Part shown: positions 49,291-55,726 of the stretch, in pieces
Layout: each line of letters opens with the position of its first letter
Numbering within the stretch: position 1 is the first letter of the stretch
Source: Candidatus Omnitrophota bacterium
GTDB lineage: Bacteria; Omnitrophota; Gorgyraeia; Zapsychrales; Fredricksoniimonadaceae
Assembly (NCBI GenBank): GCA_021731625.1
Contig: JAKFXC010000046.1
Location: forward strand, 1 to 55,726
DNA: 55,726 nucleotides
Direction: 5' to 3'
Translations under genes and position numbers: made by a program
The notes under the pieces: generated by a model
The model's database searches: none
The model's input: the letters and a program-made list of their open reading frames with translations, nothing else
Told to the model about the DNA's origin: nothing

Positions 49291-50880
49291 TCAATAGGCG
49301 CGCGCAAATGAATCCGCCGAAGAAACTTTATGCGCCTCCTCGAAATCGACCGGGAGCGCATCACTCAGTAATTCGCCGCCCTTAAGAAAATTATAAATAT
49401 GCCCCAAGTGCGTGGCCCGGACGGTGTCTAAGCGGTGCATGATGTGCCAGGGCCGCAGCAGCGACGGGTGTTCCAGGCCCATGACCCCTATGATTTGGCT
49501 GAGACTTTTGACGGTGTTGCGGTGATACGAGGCCACCCGGTGGCGTTTTTCTGAGACCACCAATCCAATGACCAACCCCGGGTCATGGGTGGTAATGCCG
49601 ACGGGGCAATGGTTGGAATCGCATTTTAGGGCCTGGATGCAACCTAAAGCCATCATCATCCCGCGGGCCGAATAGATGGCGTCCGCCCCGATGGCCATGT
49701 GATGCACCATGCCAAAGCCCGTGGTCACCCGGCCGCTGGCAAAAATTTTGATTTTTTCCCGCAGGGAAAACCCCACCAAGGCATTCTGCACAAAAATGAG
49801 ACCCTCCGTCAGCGGATAGCCGATGCGGTTGGAAAATTCCAATGGTGCGGCGCCGGTGCCGCCTTCGCCGCCGTCGACGGCGATAAAGTCCGGACGCATG
49901 CCGGTTTTGACCATCGCCTTGCAGATGGCCAAAAATTCATGCCGTTTTCCGATGCACAATTTGAATCCCACCGGTTTGCCGCCGGAGAGCTCGCGCAGTT
50001 TAACGATCATCTGCAGCAATTTGACCGGGGTGTCGCATCCCGGATGGGAGGGCGGGGAAAGGATGGTTTTGCCGATGGGTACCCCGCGCACTGCCGCGAT
50101 GTCCGCGCTCACCTTGGCGCCGGGCAGGATGCCGCCCCCGCCTGGCTTGGCCCCCTGGGACAATTTGAGTTCAATCATTTTGACGTTCGGCAGCCGCGAT
50201 TTCTCCTTGAATTGATCGGGGCAGAAAGACCCATCTTTTTGGCGGCAGCTAAAATAGCCGGTGCCGATCTGCCAGATCAGGTCTCCGCCGCCTTGCAGAT
50301 GAAAAGGGCTTAAGCCGCCCTCGCCGGTATTGTGGGCAAAGTTGTTTAAGCGGGCGCCTTCGTTAAAAGCCATCACCGCGTTTTTACTCAGCGATCCGTA
50401 ACTCATGGCCCCGATGTTGAGCACGCTGCAGGAATAAGGGGCATTGCAATCGGGACCACCGACGGTGATGCGCATGGTTTGCGGGTCCACCGCCCTAGGC
50501 AGCAGCGAATGGTTCACCCATTCATAGCCGGTTTGGTATAAATCCATTTGGGTGCCGAAAGGGATGGTGTCGCGCACGTTCTTGGCGCGCTGGTAAATCA
50601 CCGAGCGCTCCTCGCGGCTAAACGGCCGTCCCGAAGAATTGGATTCCACAAAATACTGGTTGATTTCGGGGCGGATAAATTCCATCAAATACCGCAAATG
50701 CCCGATGAGGGGGAAATTCCGGCAAATGGACTTTTGACTTTGCACCATGTCGATGAGACCGATCAGCATGAGCGGCCCGAAAAAAACCATGGACCACCAA
50801 ATAGGAGGGAAGACCAGGGCGATGACGCCATGGATCAGCAAAATCGCAAAAACCGAGAGCAAAAATAGAATGCGGACCAT
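49291..50880 (-). CDS. FMN-binding glutamate-synthase-family protein (GltB central-domain homolog) with N-terminal TM helices.
   Basis: ..NTGEGGLSP.., ..LKLSQGAKPGGGGILPGAKV.., ..IAVDGGEGGTGAAP.., ..ASGRV.. parallel the FMN domain of the gltB in this window. The N-terminus is hydrophobic. Confidence 0.85.
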   Translation of the reverse strand: MVRILFLLSVFAILLIHGVIALVFPPIWWSMVFFGPLMLIGLIDMVQSQKSICRNFPLIGHLRYLMEFIRPEINQYFVESNSSGRPFSREERSVIYQRAKNVRDTIPFGTQMDLYQTGYEWVNHSLLPRAVDPQTMRITVGGPDCNAPYSCSVLNIGAMSYGSLSKNAVMAFNEGARLNNFAHNTGEGGLSPFHLQGGGDLIWQIGTGYFSCRQKDGSFCPDQFKEKSRLPNVKMIELKLSQGAKPGGGGILPGAKVSADIAAVRGVPIGKTILSPPSHPGCDTPVKLLQMIVKLRELSGGKPVGFKLCIGKRHEFLAICKAMVKTGMRPDFIAVDGGEGGTGAAPLEFSNRIGYPLTEGLIFVQNALVGFSLREKIKIFASGRVTTGFGMVHHMAIGADAIYSARGMMMALGCIQALKCDSNHCPVGITTHDPGLVIGLVVSEKRHRVASYHRNTVKSLSQIIGVMGLEHPSLLRPWHIMHRLDTVRATHLGHIYNFLKGGELLSDALPVDFEEAHKVSSADSFARAY

Positions 50881-50923
50881 ATCAACTCAGCTTAACACAA
50901 AAAAGTCAGGCCTAAACACATCG

Positions 50924-51586
50924 TTAAAATATCCTCAGGTTGATTTTTTTTCGCTCGACTTGGGCCCTGAAGTCCTTGTTTTCGGCCAGCAAACGGCTGA
51001 TCAAATATAATTTTTTGGCATGCTCCAGGCCTTCTTCCAGGCCGTGCCCGAAATCTTGGGGGAACAGCCCCAGCATTTTAGACAGGTCCCGGTAGGTCTT
51101 GGTCACCAGTAGAAAACGCAGGGACTGTTCCTGGCTGACCGACAAGGCCAGGGCAAAATAGTCCATGGCCTTTTTATACTGCTCGTCATTATAATAAATC
51201 ACGCCAAGGTTAAAGTAAAACCAGAAAAAACCGGGGCAGCGTTTGATGGCATTTAAATAATAATTGACGGCCTTCTCTTTCTTACCCAAATAATAATACG
51301 CATACGCGGCGGTGCCGCAGGGGGCCGGGACCTCTGGGTCACGGGACAAGAATTGGCAGCCGGCATCATAATAGACCAGGACATCCTTGATGCGTTCCGT
51401 ACTCATCAGCTCCGGGTGGAACACAAAATCCCGCAAATCGGTTTCGGAGGGAATAAAGTAATTTAAGGCCTTGACCTTCAAGGTGTCATGTTTGATCAAT
51501 ACCGTCAATAAAAGCGTAAACACCAGGAACAAAAGCATCACCCGGCAAAACAGCAGATCCGCTATTTTTTTAAAGTACGTGACCAT
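50924..51586 (-). CDS. TM-anchored TPR protein (TPR-A), paralog of 53709-54356.
   Basis: MVTYFKKIADLLFCRVMLLFLVFTLLLTVLI..KALNYFIPSE.. then TPR-like ..AAYAYYYLGKKEKAVNYYLNAIKRCPGFFWFYFNLGVIYYNDEQYKKAMDYF... It is collinear with TPR-B. The start is uncertain (51586, 51601 or 51538). Confidence 0.65.
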   Translation of the reverse strand: MVTYFKKIADLLFCRVMLLFLVFTLLLTVLIKHDTLKVKALNYFIPSETDLRDFVFHPELMSTERIKDVLVYYDAGCQFLSRDPEVPAPCGTAAYAYYYLGKKEKAVNYYLNAIKRCPGFFWFYFNLGVIYYNDEQYKKAMDYFALALSVSQEQSLRFLLVTKTYRDLSKMLGLFPQDFGHGLEEGLEHAKKLYLISRLLAENKDFRAQVERKKINLRIF

Positions 51587-53667
51587 GACCACAAAAGCCA
51601 TCCCAAAATGCCAAAGTACAACGCTGCCAGGCCATAGGCCAGCGCAAACCTCCACCCAGGAGCGAAACGCCAATGCACCACGTGGTCCCCGGCCGGCACC
51701 CACAACCCTTGCGCAAAAACATTGGTGCGCCACAGCGGGGCCGGTTTTCCGTCGATAAAAGCTCTCCACTGGCTGTGATAATTGACCGAACTTACTAAAA
51801 ATTTTGGTTCCGCAAAAGACATTTTGACCTTCATTTCGTTCGCGTCAAATTTTAAAACTTTAAAGTCTTGGTCGGTGTTGGACATCACTCTGGCGGCGGG
51901 AGGGGCCGTGCCTGTTCCCGTGGGCACATTAGGGCTGGACACAAAAGCCACGTTTTCAAAATAAGTCAGGGCCCCTTCCAGCCGCTGCCAGTCCACCTCG
52001 CCGCTAACGGATTCCACGCGGTCATAAGCGATAAACGGCATGTCCCCGTACTTTCCAAGCACAACATTGTTGACGTGCGAGGAGGCCTTGTAAAACCACT
52101 GAGTGGTAAAGTAAGGCGGATCATAGGACTTAGAACGCACCTCCCCATTGGTTGCCCTTTGAATGGCCTCAGCGGTAGGAAGCTCAAAAGCATAATTAAA
52201 TTCATACGCGAATTCCGGCCGCGGCAACGGGGGATAGGCGAGTGCAAAGCGGCTAAAAGCCTCAAATGGTTGGAGCACCACGGCGCCCCATAAAATGATG
52301 AGGGTGATTTGGGGACGACCCAGGCCCCAAATGTGGGCCAACATCCATATCAGACTAAGGACAATCACCGCATAGGTCGCAAAACCACTGATTCCGGAAT
52401 ATAAAAAGAAACCTGACGCCGCTCCATGCACCACAATAACCCAGGCGCTTAAGGCACCGCGGTTAGGATTTTTGCTTTCGGTGCTTTTTAGAAAAACTCG
52501 CAGTTCTTCGGCGACAAAGAGGATGAATACTGGCAATACCCCAAGCCACAAGAAAAACTGCATGTTGCGGAAGTATTTGAAGAATGGCGTATATTTATAT
52601 AGGAATTCATGCACGTAGGAGGCATCGGCCAACCCGATTAAAAAAACAACGCAGCCGAATCCAAATAAGCAGACCAGACGGCGGTTAAGACGCAGCCATG
52701 CCCCTGCCGCCAGCATGAGAAATGCAAATAAAGGGATATAGAAGTCTTTGAGTTCCAGTTTATCCAAATTGACAAACTGCCGGTCCAAAATTAAATATAA
52801 CCGGGCCCCGCCTTCATTGACTTTGTTGAGCCCAACGGTGGCGGAGTTGGGCGAAGTTGATCCGACATGCCGGTCGACTGGCAGCGCTTCACCGCGTCGG
52901 GCCTGCTGGTACCATAACATGCCCGGAATCAGAGAAACAGCCAAAAGCCCGGCGCAAGCCAGCGTAAACATGCGGTTGTGCTTGGCAAAATCCCGGGCCC
53001 GTGCTGCCAGCTGCCCCAAGCCAGGGGCATAGAGCATCGCAAAAATCAGCAAAAAGAGCGAGAACAGGACATAGAAATAAAACGGGATATACGTGATGTT
53101 GATGATCATGAGAGCAAACACCGCGCCCAGCATGAAAATCCGACGGGGGGTTTGAACAAAGGCCGTTAGAAAGAAAAAGAACCAGATATAAGGAACAATC
53201 TCTAAGAGCAGGAATGACTCAAACGTCTGGGCGCCCAGGGCGGAAAAAAAGAGCGTCAGGGTGGCCATAAAGGATACGCGCTGGTCGCCGAAGAGGCGTC
53301 GGCAGAACAAATAAAAGCCGCCCATTCCCAGAAAGAAATACCCCGCCAAAAATATCCGGTGGGCGATTTGAAAAGGTAGGCCAGCGGTTTTGAGCAGGGC
53401 AATCACCCCGAAAAAAGGATTAAATTCTCCAATCCGGCGGAGGAAAAATTCATTGACGACGTTTTCGTAGGGGTTCCATAATGGGTAAACGCCTCTCATC
53501 ATGTTTTCAACGTAAAAGCGGATATGGCCTAAATAGGGAAAGGCATCGCCTTGTAGGGGAGCGCTGGCATTGAGGAGAAATCTAAAAAGGTGACACCACA
53601 AAAGGATGGAAATAACGGTCAAGACGGCAATTAGAGCTGGGAGCCGCAATGGGGGCGCTGGGGCCAT
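51562..53667 (-). CDS. Large polytopic membrane protein, GT-C/YfhO-like putative glycosyltransferase.
   Basis: About 700 aa with many TM helices, then a soluble segment and a terminal TM (..VNYHSQWRAFIDGKPAPLWRTNVFAQGLWVPAGDHVVHWRF.P..), a layout like the YfhO/ArnT class. The ATG at 53667 is preferred over the TTG at 53688. The family name is tentative. Confidence 0.7.
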   Translation of the reverse strand: MAPAPPLRLPALIAVLTVISILLWCHLFRFLLNASAPLQGDAFPYLGHIRFYVENMMRGVYPLWNPYENVVNEFFLRRIGEFNPFFGVIALLKTAGLPFQIAHRIFLAGYFFLGMGGFYLFCRRLFGDQRVSFMATLTLFFSALGAQTFESFLLLEIVPYIWFFFFLTAFVQTPRRIFMLGAVFALMIINITYIPFYFYVLFSLFLLIFAMLYAPGLGQLAARARDFAKHNRMFTLACAGLLAVSLIPGMLWYQQARRGEALPVDRHVGSTSPNSATVGLNKVNEGGARLYLILDRQFVNLDKLELKDFYIPLFAFLMLAAGAWLRLNRRLVCLFGFGCVVFLIGLADASYVHEFLYKYTPFFKYFRNMQFFLWLGVLPVFILFVAEELRVFLKSTESKNPNRGALSAWVIVVHGAASGFFLYSGISGFATYAVIVLSLIWMLAHIWGLGRPQITLIILWGAVVLQPFEAFSRFALAYPPLPRPEFAYEFNYAFELPTAEAIQRATNGEVRSKSYDPPYFTTQWFYKASSHVNNVVLGKYGDMPFIAYDRVESVSGEVDWQRLEGALTYFENVAFVSSPNVPTGTGTAPPAARVMSNTDQDFKVLKFDANEMKVKMSFAEPKFLVSSVNYHSQWRAFIDGKPAPLWRTNVFAQGLWVPAGDHVVHWRFAPGWRFALAYGLAALYFGILGWLLWSWSRTLKK

Positions 53668-53669
53668 AG

Positions 53670-53698
53670 TTGACAATCGATTGCGCAAAAGGTAATAT
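53670..53698 (+). promoter_or_regulatory. Sigma70-type promoter for the TPR-B / GT-C operon (divergent from 51562-53667).
   Basis: TTGACA (53670-53675), a 17-nt spacer, then TAATAT (53693-53698). The ATG at 53709 is 11 nt past the hexamer end, so the leader is at most a few nt with no SD. Confidence 0.6.
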
Positions 53699-53708
53699 TG
53701 GAACGTCG

Positions 53709-54356
53709 ATGATTGAGGGCCATAAAAAATTTATTCTTGCCGGGAAACTGCTGTCGTTGCTGGCTGTGTTTCTTTTGCTGAGTTTCTTAATTGGCCGAGA
53801 ATTCCGCAGCGCCCAGTTAAGGACCCTCAATTATTTTATGCCTGCCTCGTACGGGGCCTTGCTAAGCCCTATTGTACCGAATCCTCAAATTTTGCAACAG
53901 TATATTACCTATTTTAAGATTGTTTCCGGTATGGGGGGCCGTAGTGCTGATGCGTATGCGCTCTTGGGTTTTTGTTACGCCCGCCTGGGTCGGGCAGATA
54001 CGGCGCTCAGTTTCTTTGAAAAAGCAGCGGCCTTAAATCCGTCCTCTTTTTGGATTTATTATGATGTGGCGGTGCTGTATCTAAAAAGAAATCTTTATCC
54101 GCAGGCCGCTCAAATGTTTTCGCGGGCCTTAAGGATTGAGCCCACACAGGCTTTTCGCTCTATGTACAGCTCCAAGATCTATGTGGACATGTTGGCCGGG
54201 CAGGAAGTCTCCGCGCAAACCGTGGGCCAACAATTGGAACAAGGTTACGCGAAGGCCAAACAATTGCTGGTCTTTAGCCGCCAAGTCCTGGATCACAAGA
54301 TCCCGCCGGACGTGGCGGCAAATGTCACAAAGGACCTCGATGTCCAAATCTATTGA
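53709..54356 (+). CDS. TM-anchored TPR protein (TPR-B), paralog of 50924-51586.
   Basis: MIEGHKKFILAGKLLSLLAVFLLLSFLIG..RTLNYFMPAS.. then TPR-like ..DAYALLGFCYARLGRADTALSFFEKAAALNPSSFWIYYDVAVLYLKRNLYPQAAQMF... Confidence 0.7.
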   Translation: MIEGHKKFILAGKLLSLLAVFLLLSFLIGREFRSAQLRTLNYFMPASYGALLSPIVPNPQILQQYITYFKIVSGMGGRSADAYALLGFCYARLGRADTALSFFEKAAALNPSSFWIYYDVAVLYLKRNLYPQAAQMFSRALRIEPTQAFRSMYSSKIYVDMLAGQEVSAQTVGQQLEQGYAKAKQLLVFSRQVLDHKIPPDVAANVTKDLDVQIY

Positions 54357-55515
54357 CTCCCGCGCGATTGATCTACCCCTGCTGACGGCGGCGATGATTT
54401 TTGCATTGCTGCTGCTCATCGGATTTTGGCTGGCCGCCAAAAAACCGATGTGGAACGATGAGGTCTACAGCCAGGTCCACAGCATTCAAAAATGTTCGTA
54501 TGCGCAGATTCTTGCCGGTGGAGTTGCGGAAGGCAATGTTTCGCCGCTGTTTTATGTGCTCCAGAAAATGCTGGGCAGCGCGTTCGGTTATGCGCTGCCG
54601 GTCCCGTGGGACGGAGAGGCGGTGGTGGATTCCAAAGCCCAATGGATTTTTCGCGTTCTCCCTAATGTGTGCATGTCCCTGGCCATGGCTTTGATGGTTT
54701 ATTTTTTTGTCCGCGTTTATGGATGGATCTGGGGGTTATACGCTTTGCTCTTGTCCTTATCTTCCTTTATGGTCTGGGCGTATTGGGCTGAGGCCCGTCC
54801 GTATGCGTTGTGGGTCTTGCTCACCACAGCCCAAACGCTGATTTTGATCGGACTTTTGCGGGACGTGTCCCATCGGGACACGTCCCGACAGCAAAAATGG
54901 TTTGTGGCCCTGGGCGTCACAAATTTATTATTGGCCCTAACCGTGGTTTTTTCAATCATCCAAATCGCTGTTGTCACGCTACTAGTATGGGGGACACATA
55001 CCGTAACCCAATTAAGTAGAAAATGGCAGCGGTATATTTGGATTTCCCTGCTGCCTATCGGCGTCGCCCTTTTTTATTACAGCCGCGCCCCGCACTACAC
55101 ATTCTGGATGGAAAGCCCTTGGGGGCTTCTGGATCTGAATGTGTCGGCGGATGTTTTATGGGTGGCGGGGATTTATGCGGTGGGAGCCGGGCTCTTGACG
55201 GCTAAAGCGAAACGGCTGCCGCCGGAGGGGTGGGCCTGTTGGCTGCTTACGCTGATGCTGATTGCGGCGTCGCTGGCGCTCATGGCGGTCATGACCTTTG
55301 GTCATGGACGGGAAGGGTTCGTGCTGTCCGCCCGGTATTTCATTTTTTTGGCCCCCGTGGGGATTATCACCGCAACGGTGCTGGCTAAAAATTTAGTGAC
55401 GGCGGCCCAGAAGAATTGGTGGGTTTTGGCAATGCTGGTGATGGTTTTAGCGGGGCTGCTGATCATCCGCTGCTTGAAGGCCTACATGTTGATTTTAGGG
55501 GCGTATGCGTTTTGA
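54340..55515 (+). CDS. Polytopic GT-C-fold glycosyltransferase-like membrane protein (ArnT/PMT class).
   Basis: About 390 aa and about 10 TM segments. The first-loop acidic motif ..KKPMWNDEVYS.. is as in GT-C enzymes. The ATG at 54340 overlaps the TPR-B 3' end. It contains a family-A repeat copy in-frame. Confidence 0.7.
   Translation: MSKSIDSRAIDLPLLTAAMIFALLLLIGFWLAAKKPMWNDEVYSQVHSIQKCSYAQILAGGVAEGNVSPLFYVLQKMLGSAFGYALPVPWDGEAVVDSKAQWIFRVLPNVCMSLAMALMVYFFVRVYGWIWGLYALLLSLSSFMVWAYWAEARPYALWVLLTTAQTLILIGLLRDVSHRDTSRQQKWFVALGVTNLLLALTVVFSIIQIAVVTLLVWGTHTVTQLSRKWQRYIWISLLPIGVALFYYSRAPHYTFWMESPWGLLDLNVSADVLWVAGIYAVGAGLLTAKAKRLPPEGWACWLLTLMLIAASLALMAVMTFGHGREGFVLSARYFIFLAPVGIITATVLAKNLVTAAQKNWWVLAMLVMVLAGLLIIRCLKAYMLILGAYAF
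54989..55013 (+). repeat. Family-A repeat copy inside the GT-C-like CDS.
   Basis: gggggacacataccgtaacccaatt is identical to the reverse complement of nt 16-40 at the window start. It is translated in-frame as ..WGTHTVTQL... Confidence 0.8.
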
Positions 55516-55593
55516 GGCGAGGGAGCTACTTGCCGAACATATAATTATCGATCCACTCATCCGGCTTGCGCAGGAGTTTGAGGATCCTCGCTA

Positions 55594-55726
55594 CTAATCA
55601 TGGATTTGTTCCAGGGGCTTTCTCAACCACAGGAATTTTTTCGGGTGGTTTACCTTTAATGTACCCTTGATTGCCTTGCGGCTGAGGTTCGCCGGCTTGG
55701 ACAAATCCGGGGAGAAGAATTAGAAA
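55594..55726 (-). CDS. 3' end of an unidentified minus-strand gene running off the window.
   Basis: Hand translation of the reverse strand gives an open frame from the window edge: FLILLPGFVQAGEPQPQGNQGYIKGKPPEKFLWLRKPLEQIHD*, with the stop at 55594-55596. No function is recognisable. Confidence 0.3.

Noticed and set aside
41679-53700. The tRNA-Leu followed by the strand switch and accessory-looking genes suggested a tRNA-targeted genomic island.
   Set aside because: There is no integrase, excisionase or transposase. I could not spot a direct repeat of the tRNA 3' end downstream. rpe, a core gene, directly follows the tRNA. A genome-wide repeat search would be needed to exclude it fully.

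Overview
This is a gene-dense 55.7-kb bacterial chromosomal segment. I saw no rRNA, CRISPR array, transposase, integrase or phage genes, and I cannot assign taxonomy from the sequence alone.

Layout: nt 1-42.5k is one co-directional (+) block, 42.5-53.7k is a (-) block, and 53.7-55.5k is (+) again.

The (+) block concentrates glutamine/glutamate nitrogen-transfer enzymes to an unusual degree: type III glutamine synthetase, a stand-alone class I amidotransferase, Gln-dependent NAD synthetase, GltB/GltD, CarA/CarB, PurF and PyrG. It also holds glpK/glpD, ridA, rpe, one tRNA-Leu(GAG) and a Phd/RelE-type toxin-antitoxin pair.

Four large paralogous signal-peptide proteins are interleaved at the heads of these operons:
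- P1, 101-2620
- P2, 8641-12666
- P3, 20782-24339
- P4, 30425-33343

They share a constant N-domain of about 330 aa and a constant 'GGIDL...' C-tail of about 65 aa. These bracket unrelated, lower-GC variable cores. I do not recognise the family, and it is my lead candidate for an undescribed system. P3's core carries a transglutaminase-like Cys-His-Asp signature and sits just upstream of a secreted, extremely Gln/Ala-rich repeat protein.

The (-) block encodes a FIST / histidine kinase / REC-GGDEF(GGDDF) module, a CorA-like channel with SMN instead of GMN, and an operon for an outer-membrane barrel, a small Cys protein, a membrane LbH protein and a GltS-FMN-like protein. A duplicated TPR plus GT-C-like membrane protein pair, divergently arranged, follows.

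Two families of exact palindromic intergenic repeats occur. One supplies the stop codon of three genes. The other recurs inside a coding region.

Several promoters are readable (TTGACA-17-TATAxT, or extended -10 TGn), and several genes appear leaderless or nearly so.

All start codons, promoters and domain calls come from reading the sequence by eye. No searches were run.
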